The notes below the pieces were generated by a model. The model was given only the letters and a program-made list of their open reading frames with translations. It made no database searches and had not been told where the DNA came from. This document shows, in pieces, positions 28,486 to 36,957 of a stretch of 64,000 nucleotides of DNA. The position numbers and the translations under genes are program-made. The stretch is from IMG/VR virus record IMGVR_UViG_3300009155_000038, one strand, 5' to 3'. Position 1 is the stretch's first letter, and the number at the start of each line of letters is the position of its first letter. Source of the DNA: a virus.

Positions 28486-28890
28486 TCAAGTCCAACGACC
28501 AACTGGTGTGCCGCCGATGTGCCCGTGAAAAATGTCGTCGTTGGCAACAAGCGGCGTACCGTAACCGACAAGAACTGTGCAGCCGTTGTTGTCGTGCTTG
28601 AAAACAAAACAAATACCGTCATTATAAGGGTCGTAGGTGACGTACGGCTCACAACGAAGTGTATCATCTGTGAGGTTTCGGTCTTCAACGACTGCCGCCA
28701 TAAATTCCTTGTACCGACACGCACGGTCTACAGGGTCAGTAGCCGCAGCTAACCACGCATGCACAGGCGTAGCGCCTGCAGCAACACCAGTTTCAATCAT
28801 ATCGCGGGGCGTACAAAAAATAGCAAAACGCTTGCCACCCAAACTGTAGTGCCGGTTTGAGTTAATTGGCGCGGTAATTGTAGCGGTCAC
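28486..28890 (-). CDS. Hypothetical protein
   Basis: GTG start with GGAG SD just downstream of tRNA-Gln; contains YDPYNDGICFVFKHDNNG. Confidence 0.75.
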   Translation of the reverse strand: MTATITAPINSNRHYSLGGKRFAIFCTPRDMIETGVAAGATPVHAWLAAATDPVDRACRYKEFMAAVVEDRNLTDDTLRCEPYVTYDPYNDGICFVFKHDNNGCTVLVGYGTPLVANDDIFHGHIGGTPVGRWT

Positions 28891-28931
28891 GTTACCTGTT
28901 CTCCGTAGATAGTAAAAAACACACCAAACCA

Positions 28932-29002
28932 ATGCCCGACTAGGATTCGAACCTAGACAAAGAGAACCAAAATCTCTTGTGCTACCGTTACACCATCGGG
29001 CA
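28932..29002 (-). tRNA. trnQ: tRNA-Gln(UUG), CCA not encoded
   Basis: Cloverleaf: acceptor TGCCCGA/TCGGGCA, anticodon arm AGAGA-TTTTGGT-TCTCT, T-arm CTAGG-TTCGAAT-CCTAG. Confidence 0.95.
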
Positions 29003-29180
29003 ACGCGACGCATCCTTGCGTGTACGATTTCTGATACGCGTGTAGGATTTGAGGCACTTCTTGTAAGGCACGCTATCAGCTTCGCCGTTATAAACCCACG
29101 CACGACTAGGGTGTCGGACCGCTGTCAATGGCGGCGGCTTCGGTGTGGAGCCGGGGCGCCGACACGCCCCTCGGTATTCG

Positions 29181-29780
29181 CTACTTGTTTGGCGGCAGGA
29201 ACTCCATGAACTTCTTTGCTAATTCAATTGTGGCCAAATTGTCTACTTCAGCGTCATGAGCTGTTCCGGTGTAGATCGAGAACCGTTCGCGCAAGACTGC
29301 CAACGAGCAACCCCCGCTAATCTTGCCGGCTGAGTTTAGATATCTGGCGATTGCCGCCGTATCAAACTCCGGTGCCGTGCAGTACATGGACCACGGTTCC
29401 TCGGCCAGAATATGGTGCCAGATAAACCGCATGTCGAATTTGACATTGTGGCCGGCTGGCACGAGCTTGCGGACTTGTGTCATCCGCATGCCCGCTGTAA
29501 TGAAGTTCACGAACTGCTGCCGGGCATCGCCGGGCTCGACAGCAATTTCAGCGTGCTTGACCAGATCAATCTTATTTACCTCCATGGCCCGCGGCGTCAC
29601 GGAATATTGCTCCGATTTGATGCGCAGGTGCAGGCAACCCGGAATCGAATCCGGGTCTGTACTCTGCGTCGGAACGGGCATGATGTTGAAATCTTTGTCC
29701 GTGATGATGGCCGAGAGCGTCAGTAAGCTGTGCTCTGCGGGTTTGAACCCGCCGGTTTCCGTGTCGATAAATAAGTACAT
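29181..29780 (-). CDS. DEDDh 3'-5' exonuclease (DnaQ/epsilon-like)
   Basis: FIDTETGG, GHNVKFD, FDT and AHDAEVD. Confidence 0.9.
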   Translation of the reverse strand: MYLFIDTETGGFKPAEHSLLTLSAIITDKDFNIMPVPTQSTDPDSIPGCLHLRIKSEQYSVTPRAMEVNKIDLVKHAEIAVEPGDARQQFVNFITAGMRMTQVRKLVPAGHNVKFDMRFIWHHILAEEPWSMYCTAPEFDTAAIARYLNSAGKISGGCSLAVLRERFSIYTGTAHDAEVDNLATIELAKKFMEFLPPNK

Positions 29781-29805
29781 GAGCTGTCCTTGCTGCTGGT
29801 GAAAA

Positions 29806-30075
29806 CTAGAGGGATTCTGGGTTGCGGTTGTGAAAGCTCACAAACTCGCCGCCGTCTTTGGTGAACAGCAGGCCCGGTTCGCCGCCGTTTTCTTCCGCCG
29901 CCTTTTGGCCAAAGCGCATAAGCAGCTTGTAGATCTTTGAGCCTCTACGCTCGCCGAACTTGAGCTGCAGCAGCGCTTCCACCGTTAGGTACTCTTCATA
30001 CCCAACGTCTGCTTCATCTTCGTTGAGGTTCTCGTCGTCGATGTAGCCGCCAAAATCAAAGTTGTTTGTTGCCAT
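29806..30075 (-). CDS. Hypothetical protein
   Basis: 89-aa ORF. Confidence 0.75.
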   Translation of the reverse strand: MATNNFDFGGYIDDENLNEDEADVGYEEYLTVEALLQLKFGERRGSKIYKLLMRFGQKAAEENGGEPGLLFTKDGGEFVSFHNRNPESL

Positions 30076-30092
30076 AGATATCTATACTTTCG

Positions 30093-31244
30093 TCAATAAA
30101 TCACGTTGAGGGAAACCGGGCGGTTAGCTGCGGGGAACACATAGACCCCGCGGGCTGAGAACTGCCGGGGATAATCAAGACGCATAAGAACTGTTTCAGA
30201 GCCGTCTGTTTGCTTTTCGACGAGCCGCGCTACGGCGTACGGACCAGAGCTGGATGGCTTGGCGTCGATGACAACCTCGCGCTGCGTGTCTCCGGGCACT
30301 GCATACCGCACAGAAGCGCCTACGGCCCCCGTAGCGCCTGCTCCGCCAAGCGTAAGCGATTCGCGCTTGATGTCAATAACGTTCTCAAGCAAAACAGCGT
30401 TTTCTTTCGCTACAAATTCAATGTTTACGCGCCCAACAAGTTCGCCCAATCCGTTGGCTCTAATAGCCGCCGCTTGACTTTCATTTACAATCCCCAACCA
30501 CTCTAGTTGTAGTACCGCCAATGACGTATAAGCCAACAGAGAAATGGGCATGCTGGCGTAAGCATGCGCTGTGGTTGCAATCGTGATAGCCTCGTCGCTC
30601 TTGTCGCACCGGACGAACTCGCCGGACTCTAAGATCACGTGCCACGTATTCATGCCGTTGTCGAACGCCAGTCCGCGCAGGCTTGGGCCGGGGATGTCAC
30701 GCAGTAAGCCCCTGAACACCACAGGCGTAGCGCCGATCTGCTCAGCCAGCTTGTCAGTGAAGACAGCCGGCTTGAAGATCCGAGTCAGCATGCTCTCCGT
30801 GAAGATCTCAGCAGCCTGTACCGCTTTTGGTACAGCCGGCGGAGCATTCGAGGCTTCAGTCACCTCGGCAATCACGGCGTTGAAGATAGCTTCGGCTTGG
30901 TGGCCCTCGTCGACGTTTTCAACGATATCGGAAAAGAGGGCAAGCGCCTCCATCAAGATATCATTGACGTTCTCGGGCTTGGCGTTGTACTGCGCCGCAA
31001 GCTTAGGGCCGCCAACAAGCGTCTTCTGGGTCAGAGAAAACGGAATGTCTTTCCAAGGCACGTCATAGACCCGGGACATGAAGTCCACGAGCGCCCTGAC
31101 GTTCTTGGGGTCAATCTGCTGCGCCCGCCTGAGCAGCTCGATAGTGCAGGCGAGCATGAATAACTTGTCGTCGGAATGCTTACCAGTGAGCTGCTTAATT
31201 AACTTCCGTACGTGGTTCGATACTGAGTCTTTGTTTGAGGTCAT
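30093..31244 (-). CDS. Hypothetical protein
   Basis: 383-aa ORF with strong codon bias. Confidence 0.85.
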   Translation of the reverse strand: MTSNKDSVSNHVRKLIKQLTGKHSDDKLFMLACTIELLRRAQQIDPKNVRALVDFMSRVYDVPWKDIPFSLTQKTLVGGPKLAAQYNAKPENVNDILMEALALFSDIVENVDEGHQAEAIFNAVIAEVTEASNAPPAVPKAVQAAEIFTESMLTRIFKPAVFTDKLAEQIGATPVVFRGLLRDIPGPSLRGLAFDNGMNTWHVILESGEFVRCDKSDEAITIATTAHAYASMPISLLAYTSLAVLQLEWLGIVNESQAAAIRANGLGELVGRVNIEFVAKENAVLLENVIDIKRESLTLGGAGATGAVGASVRYAVPGDTQREVVIDAKPSSSGPYAVARLVEKQTDGSETVLMRLDYPRQFSARGVYVFPAANRPVSLNVIY

Positions 31245-32454
31245 TTGGAATTTTCCCGCTGTAAACTGCAGTACAGGCTTCTAGAAGATGGCAAACGTTT
31301 GCCCTGTAATTGCCTTGTAATGTGTGGTAATGCCCGCCGTGGCTACGCACCTGCTCCTGAAAATGTTGATGATGGCTGTTGCCCATTGTGATAACGGTAA
31401 ACGCCGCAGGGGTCACGCCAGTGGCTTTGACCGCGGCATACGCCCTAAAGAACAGATTCAAACCCCGCTCTGCTTCGCCGGCAACGACAAAGACGCCGCC
31501 AGTCGGGCCTTCCAGCAAGTTCCGAATCTGCTCGGTTAAGATAAGAAAATCGGTATAGCTCGCAGCGCCGATGGCTGCGCCCAGCTCTGCGCCACGCACG
31601 GTGGCCGAAGCATGCTGGTCTATCTCGCCAATTTCAATATGGGCTGTCACGGGCACACCTATACGGTATGCCGCGTTCACGATACTGCGGTGCTTCTCGT
31701 CCCGCTTTTCAAAACCCCAGCGCCCAATCGCTTCGCCGTACCCGATACCGTTATTCGATGCTAGGCGCGCGATGTAGTTCAGATCCGGCGGGCTAGTGAT
31801 ATTCGCCGCCTTGATGTCTCGTACGAGCCCCTGCCCTGTCGTAGCAATACCTGTGACGTACTGATTCGTAAGCAGCGCGCTCGCCACGATACCAGCGCCA
31901 GCGGCTAATGCTTGCGCCCCCAGAAAACACACCACAGGTTTGTCAGCTACTCGGGCAGCGTGGATCGCCTGCGCGGCCACGATGTGCTCGGCCGACATGG
32001 CTGACTCAACCGGCGGCTCAACGATTGCTTCTAGCACGGTTACAGCTGCCGGCGGTACGCCGACTGTTAAAGTATCAAAAATGGGGTGCCGAGTTTGCAG
32101 AACAGCCGGCAGCTCAAAGAACCCCGGAACTTCTTTTGGCGCAGATGACTGGCCGACAAGCATAGGCCCCGTGCCGCATAATAGCCACTCGGCTCTTACC
32201 GGCCCGTGCATAACAATGTGCATGAGCAGTCGAACACTAACTTGCTTGTTAGATTTAACAAAATTCAGCACTTGCGGCACTACGCCAATAGCGCGGGCAA
32301 ACTTGGTTTTGTTACCGCCAAAGCAGTAGTCAGTGATGTACTGCAGCCGCTCCCGAATCGCGTTTGAGTTAGCCGACGTGAGTTTTCTCGGGTTGCGCTT
32401 GAAGGGCGTTGGCAGCCGCAAGTGTATTCGCTTTCTGTAGCCGCTCATCAGCAT
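31195..32454 (-). CDS. XRE-type HTH fused to a deoxyhypusine-synthase-like (DHS-like) domain
   Basis: N-terminal TKFARAIGV.PQ.LN...WLLCGTGPM (phage repressor-like). C-terminal GYGEAIG, SIVNAAYRIGVPVTAHIEIG, GAAIG.ASYTDF and GGVFVVAG. Confidence 0.6.
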   Translation of the reverse strand: MLMSGYRKRIHLRLPTPFKRNPRKLTSANSNAIRERLQYITDYCFGGNKTKFARAIGVVPQVLNFVKSNKQVSVRLLMHIVMHGPVRAEWLLCGTGPMLVGQSSAPKEVPGFFELPAVLQTRHPIFDTLTVGVPPAAVTVLEAIVEPPVESAMSAEHIVAAQAIHAARVADKPVVCFLGAQALAAGAGIVASALLTNQYVTGIATTGQGLVRDIKAANITSPPDLNYIARLASNNGIGYGEAIGRWGFEKRDEKHRSIVNAAYRIGVPVTAHIEIGEIDQHASATVRGAELGAAIGAASYTDFLILTEQIRNLLEGPTGGVFVVAGEAERGLNLFFRAYAAVKATGVTPAAFTVITMGNSHHQHFQEQVRSHGGHYHTLQGNYRANVCHLLEACTAVYSGKIPNDLKQRLSIEPRTEVN

Positions 32455-33436
32455 CCGCTTTCTTGAAAAACGCCACGAGTGACCTACCTGACTTACGTAA
32501 CAACCCAGTGCCAGCCGTGAGCCTGACTTTGTGAATCACGCGCAAGTACACAGCGACTAGCTCAGCGTAGCCAGAAAGAAGCTCAGTTGGGTAGGAACTA
32601 AACGCACCCAGAATCTCAAAGAACCGCGTGTCAGTCTTGTTGTAGCACTCGGATATCTTAATCGACTCTAGAAACGTAACTTTAGCCTCACGTACTTGCG
32701 CAGCCGGCATGCGCTTGTGCGGATATCTGATCATGCATTGCCGGGACTCGACCAACCAGCCGTTGTCTTGCGGGATCACGACGATCTTCCACATCGAGCC
32801 CATCGTGTTGCGCTGCAGCTTCTTGGCCACAGCCTTGTAGGCTTTCCTGTGGACTTCAATAACATTCCGTAGCTTCCGCATGTAACCCGGAATGTCTGCA
32901 GGGTCGCAGCCTTGAATAGGGTCGAAGTTCTTGGCTGACACGAACTGCTGTAACACGCGTACTGTCACGACAAGCTTGGTGTCGGGATTGCATACCCCAA
33001 ACCTGCGCACACGTTTCTTGACGTATCTGTACTGGAGCCCGGCTACTCGGGCAGCGCAGAACGGGCAGAAGTGCATTCGGTTACAGGGCCGGAAAGTCTT
33101 GTCGCGTTTCCAGACGTAATAGAAACACGTTGGCCGGCAGAACAGCATGCGCCTGAACGTCAGCTCAAACTTCTTCAGGTCAAAGTTCGGGCTGTATGGG
33201 TCAAGCAGCCGAGTGTTGGGAAACCACAGGTGCTTGCTGGCTAGCTCTTTGAGCTTCACGCCCCACATGTCACGCAGCTTCCGCGCCCGCCTAGCTACGG
33301 TTTTGAAGTCTTTCTGCTCAGCGCCCAACACGAAATGCTGCGAAAAGGTGTCACACATACGCCGGGCTATCCTCGCAATCTTCCACCGACCAAACTTGTA
33401 CCGATTGACATGGCGGCTGAAGTCAAACGTGAGCAC
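32369..33436 (-). CDS. Basic hypothetical protein with C..CNRMHFCPFC Zn motif (Rep/IS91-like N-terminus)
   Basis: Zn motif seen directly; the family link is tentative. Confidence 0.7.
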   Translation of the reverse strand: MLTFDFSRHVNRYKFGRWKIARIARRMCDTFSQHFVLGAEQKDFKTVARRARKLRDMWGVKLKELASKHLWFPNTRLLDPYSPNFDLKKFELTFRRMLFCRPTCFYYVWKRDKTFRPCNRMHFCPFCAARVAGLQYRYVKKRVRRFGVCNPDTKLVVTVRVLQQFVSAKNFDPIQGCDPADIPGYMRKLRNVIEVHRKAYKAVAKKLQRNTMGSMWKIVVIPQDNGWLVESRQCMIRYPHKRMPAAQVREAKVTFLESIKISECYNKTDTRFFEILGAFSSYPTELLSGYAELVAVYLRVIHKVRLTAGTGLLRKSGRSLVAFFKKADADERLQKANTLAAANALQAQPEKTHVG

Positions 33437-33461
33437 GCATCCTCCTTGTTATCTAGCGCTC

Positions 33462-33764
33462 TTATTCTTTCACAAAAATTCCTTCAGGCGTCAGCGTACC
33501 TTTACGGTCTTTGATCTCGTCGTAGGCGCCGGCCAAGCAGTCTGTAACGTTTGTGCCGCACAGCTTGCAATACAAGATGAGCGTTACCAGCACGTCGCCT
33601 ACGCCGTCCTTCACGCCAATCATGTCATTCTTGAGCGTGGCATCGGCTAACTCGCCCAGCTCCGACACGGTCTTCATAAGCTGCGCTGTTGGATTGCTAT
33701 TGGGAATGATTTGCCGCAATCGAGCCCAGTGAACTACCTTGGCTTCTAGTTCTTCAAATGTCAT
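33462..33764 (-). CDS. mazG: MazG-like nucleotide pyrophosphohydrolase
   Basis: KTVSELGELADA, DGVGDVLVTL and CLAGAYDEIKDRKG, typical of phage MazG. Confidence 0.88.
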   Translation of the reverse strand: MTFEELEAKVVHWARLRQIIPNSNPTAQLMKTVSELGELADATLKNDMIGVKDGVGDVLVTLILYCKLCGTNVTDCLAGAYDEIKDRKGTLTPEGIFVKE

Positions 33765-34249
33765 TCTGCGGCCTCCTGTGCCGGCGGGGTGGGCTGATCT
33801 ACTTGGTCTGTCAGAGCTTCGTACTTTGCACGCTCAACTTCAATACGAGCGCGCAATAATTCAATACCAGCTTGCACATCGTCGATTTCGACAAACGGCA
33901 GCGTTTCCTGCAAGTGCGCCCACTTCGTCGGCCCTACGCTGGCTACGTTGATCTCGCCAGCTTCTTGGCCAGCGAAGTCGTCGAGCAGCGCAACGGTCGT
34001 GGCGTCGGCGCGGGTTTTAAATACCAGAATCCGGTTGTCGATATCCGCAAAGAACTTCACGCCTGTGTCGTCGCAGATCACCCAGCGCACGCCCGCCTCG
34101 CCTGTGTCGATGTACTGCACTGTTGGGTTAACGTACTGCTTGGGCCGGTTAGCCGCATCAGGGGAGCAGCAATGCTTGAACTTCTTGCCGCTGCCACAGA
34201 CACACCGGTCATTCCTGCGGACGATGTTGCCGCGCCGAATCGTAGACAT
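33761..34249 (-). CDS. SEC-C motif (Zn-binding) protein
   Basis: RRNDRCVCGSGKKFKHCC; AAGGAGG SD. Confidence 0.85.
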   Translation of the reverse strand: MSTIRRGNIVRRNDRCVCGSGKKFKHCCSPDAANRPKQYVNPTVQYIDTGEAGVRWVICDDTGVKFFADIDNRILVFKTRADATTVALLDDFAGQEAGEINVASVGPTKWAHLQETLPFVEIDDVQAGIELLRARIEVERAKYEALTDQVDQPTPPAQEAAE

Positions 34250-34320
34250 AGAAAGCCTCCTTGCTTGGTGCCAGCAGCATACCCGCTGCTCCGTAGCCGT
34301 CAAGGAGGTCGAAAACCTCA
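34247..34320 (-). promoter_or_regulatory. Putative translational attenuator (SD / anti-SD / anti-anti-SD)
   Basis: On the mRNA, CCTCCTTG can pair with CAAGGAGG (the SD), and GAGGT can alternatively pair with ACCTC, which overlaps the anti-SD. Confidence 0.55.
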
Positions 34321-34344
34321 AATTTCACGGGAAATACCGCGTTT

Positions 34345-34548
34345 TTTGAAAAAAGTGTGGTCGCGGCAGGTCGAGCCAAAACCATAGTATCTCGGCCTAA
34401 GACTACGGTTTTTGACCCTTTTCAAACCCTATGTCTGTCCGATTTAGGCGGACCTAGTGTAGTTCCTTCGGAACTACGCAGGAGACGGCATGGGGGTGCC
34501 GGATCTCTGAGATGATCGGGATATGTGTAAACACATTGCCCGAGACAT
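34345..34548. ncRNA. Candidate structured non-coding element
   Basis: Intergenic. One long nested hairpin plus a multibranch domain of 4-5 hairpins closed by ATGTCT/AGACAT. Confidence 0.45.
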
Positions 34549-34782
34549 CTACCAACCACGACCTATTCGAACTACTTCCTGCGCTGCTAGATCAGTTGCG
34601 TCAGCATAATCATGTAGTCCAGCCCACCCACGAGTCTTCTCAGTCCCATTCCAATTTGAATCTAGAACTAACTTAATAGTTGTCACGATTGGGTCGTCAC
34701 AACCTTCTTCATAGCCGTCGACCACAACATATGTGTCGGGTTTGAAGGTTTGCAGTTTTTCTATTAACTCACCAACGGTCAT
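34549..34782 (-). CDS. Small conserved phage hypothetical protein
   Basis: MTVGELIEKL...VVVDGYEEG. Confidence 0.8.
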   Translation of the reverse strand: MTVGELIEKLQTFKPDTYVVVDGYEEGCDDPIVTTIKLVLDSNWNGTEKTRGWAGLHDYADATDLAAQEVVRIGRGW

Positions 34783-34793
34783 ACAAACCTCCG

Positions 34794-34837
34794 AAAAAAA
34801 AGAATACGCGGGGGCAGGTAGTTAGCCTGCCCCCGCG
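34794..34837 (-). terminator. Rho-independent terminator
   Basis: 12-bp stem CGCGGGGGCAGG/CCTGCCCCCGCG followed on the minus strand by TATTCTTTTTTT. Confidence 0.85.
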
Positions 34838-34862
34838 CTTTAACTAACTCAATGTTACCTAA

Positions 34863-36008
34863 TCAACCGCGATTTTTTTTCTTGAGAATGCTGTTGCGCT
34901 CAGTTTGGCGATTAGTGCGCCGAACGTTTTCACTGGTGAGATAAACGTCAAGGTCAACGTTGACCAAGTTTTCAAGCGTTGCAGCCGGCCGATAGATGCT
35001 CTTACCTACATCGTCGCGAAGCAGGTAGTTACCCCGCATATAAACTTCGATTGCTGCCAACAACCGCACAACGCACTCGAAATGCTCCTTACGAGCACCG
35101 CCTTCACGTTCGTGCAGGATATGCTCGGCGAAACCGATTGGGTCACGCTTTCGGCCATTCTTGACGCCGCAGTTACCGTCGATCATCTTTTCGAAGAACG
35201 ACGACACGTTTTGGGCGCCGTGCTTCTTTGCAGACAACAGATACGCTGTCAGCAATGGCGACTTGAACAGATTCGTTGTTCCACGCTTTGCGCCGGGGTT
35301 CAACGAATCAAGATGCGACAGCTCTTCCTTAAACGCAGCGACATAGTCAATAGCAGTCGCCCGGCTCACCGCTGTAAAGGCGTCGACCAGCTTTCGCACG
35401 TCACGCCGGCTGCAATTGCGATAGCACGCCAGCATAATTTCGTATGCGTAGCTCAGCGGCGTCGGCAGGCCAGCTGCCTTTTTCATCAGCGGCGAGTTCA
35501 TAGGCAAGTTGTGATAAATCAACGCGCCGTGCACAAGATCCGCTGACGTGTTTACAGCTTCTCGGCTATCGTAGAACAAGCAGAGCCGGCCAGCTTCTTC
35601 AGCATTAGCAACCGGAATAACGGTCACGCACACCCGAGCCGGAATGAAGTCCGACAACCCTTGGGCCCAAACCTCGCCGCGAGTGTGGGCTGTGAGCTTC
35701 CACTGTTTTCCGCGCGGATCTTCAGCCATGTACACTTCCTCGTGCAAATTCTTGATGAACTTGTGCAAGTGTGCGGCCTTTGGCGCGCGAATAACCTGAT
35801 CGCGTGGTTGTCTTGGGTTTGAGGGAATTGCGTGCCACTGTGCTACTGTCATATAGCGCACGTTCTTTTTATTCGTCGCCATCTTGCCCGGCTTTGGTCG
35901 CGCCTTACCGTCGAGCTTCTTGGCGCTGACTACGGCACCAACGGCCGCCAAGCTCAGCGCCAGAATCAGATTTGCAATGTCGGCTTGGCTGAAAGAAAAC
36001 AGATCCAT
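34863..36008 (-). CDS. Hypothetical protein, N-terminal hydrophobic helix plus ParB/Srx-like region (tentative)
   Basis: LILALSLAAVGAVVSA segment; NPRQPR and KLTAHTR resemble N.R and DG.HR motifs. Confidence 0.7.
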   Translation of the reverse strand: MDLFSFSQADIANLILALSLAAVGAVVSAKKLDGKARPKPGKMATNKKNVRYMTVAQWHAIPSNPRQPRDQVIRAPKAAHLHKFIKNLHEEVYMAEDPRGKQWKLTAHTRGEVWAQGLSDFIPARVCVTVIPVANAEEAGRLCLFYDSREAVNTSADLVHGALIYHNLPMNSPLMKKAAGLPTPLSYAYEIMLACYRNCSRRDVRKLVDAFTAVSRATAIDYVAAFKEELSHLDSLNPGAKRGTTNLFKSPLLTAYLLSAKKHGAQNVSSFFEKMIDGNCGVKNGRKRDPIGFAEHILHEREGGARKEHFECVVRLLAAIEVYMRGNYLLRDDVGKSIYRPAATLENLVNVDLDVYLTSENVRRTNRQTERNSILKKKNRG

Positions 36009-36034
36009 CTTGGGTATCTCCGTGTGGGGAAAAA

Positions 36035-36382
36035 TCAAACAACAGCCGGCGTATTGCTATCATTAGCCGGATTAGTTTCGGGGTTGCGCTCAAACACTGG
36101 AATTAACTCGTACATGCCCATCTCGATATCGAGCAAGAGCATCTGCCCGCGCAGTTCTTCTTCTTCGGGCCCTGTGTAAATCCGGCAGCGCATATGGGGA
36201 TCAGCCCGCTTGCCGGCGATATGCTCGTGCACCAAGAGCGGAATAACCACAAAGAACTTGTCACTCGGCAGGCTGTCGATGATCTCTTGCGGGATCGTCC
36301 GGTTGTAGTGCATAAACTTGTCGGAGATATGGTTAATCTTTTCGAGCAGGTTTCTGTCGACGTACTTGATTTGTTCGCTCAT
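36035..36382 (-). CDS. Hypothetical protein
   Basis: 115-aa ORF. Confidence 0.8.
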   Translation of the reverse strand: MSEQIKYVDRNLLEKINHISDKFMHYNRTIPQEIIDSLPSDKFFVVIPLLVHEHIAGKRADPHMRCRIYTGPEEEELRGQMLLLDIEMGMYELIPVFERNPETNPANDSNTPAVV

Positions 36383-36384
36383 GG

Positions 36385-36618
36385 TTACCGGTTCTTCTGG
36401 GCGTTATGGAACTTCAAGACGGCATCAGCCGCCTTCTTGGAATCAGCGTCCGAATAGCCTTCTTGCTTGAATCGGCGTTCGGCATAGTCACGCTCTGGGC
36501 TAGAGCTGTAACTGCTACTGCCACCAGAAGGCGGCGTAGCGTCGACACAGCCAACGCAGTTCTGGATGATCAAGGCAATCGCGATGATCAGAATCGTCGA
36601 GGTCAGTTCATTCCGCAT
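36385..36618 (-). CDS. Small membrane or lipoprotein-like protein
   Basis: Hydrophobic N-terminus ending in VGC, then a Ser-rich linker. Confidence 0.7.
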   Translation of the reverse strand: MRNELTSTILIIAIALIIQNCVGCVDATPPSGGSSSYSSSPERDYAERRFKQEGYSDADSKKAADAVLKFHNAQKNR

Positions 36619-36946
36619 CGTCAGTTGGCTCCGTTGTAGGAAGAATAGGGTCGAGGTTATAGGGAAGCTTGAGCAGCGCGATAGCCAGTCCTTGCGTGAT
36701 CCGCTGGTCGAGCCGGATCAGGAAGCCATTGCGCAGCCGCATACAGGTCTGGGGCGGGGTGACGCTGTTGTCCAACCAGACATGCATGTAGGGCGTCCCC
36801 AGATGCGTCAGGACGGGCGTGGCGTCTTCCGGGTAGTCCGGCGCCTTCTTGGCTGGCTCAGGGGCTACAGCGGCCGCCAGCGCTTTGATTTTGTTATCTA
36901 ATCTTTGCCTATAGTGGTTGATTCGGTCTAGAAGTGTGTCAGCCAT
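36608..36946 (-). CDS. Hypothetical protein
   Basis: 112 aa; GGAG SD. Confidence 0.75.
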   Translation of the reverse strand: MADTLLDRINHYRQRLDNKIKALAAAVAPEPAKKAPDYPEDATPVLTHLGTPYMHVWLDNSVTPPQTCMRLRNGFLIRLDQRITQGLAIALLKLPYNLDPILPTTEPTDDAE

Positions 36947-36957
36947 CCGTGGTTCTC

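Noticed and set aside
28900-29010. Prophage att site or integrase at the tRNA genes
   Set aside because: No integrase, no duplicated tRNA 3' end and no host housekeeping flanks in the window.
28891-29103. N-terminal extension of ORF 28486..29103
   Set aside because: It runs through tRNA-Gln; a GTG start with SD at 28890 is more plausible.
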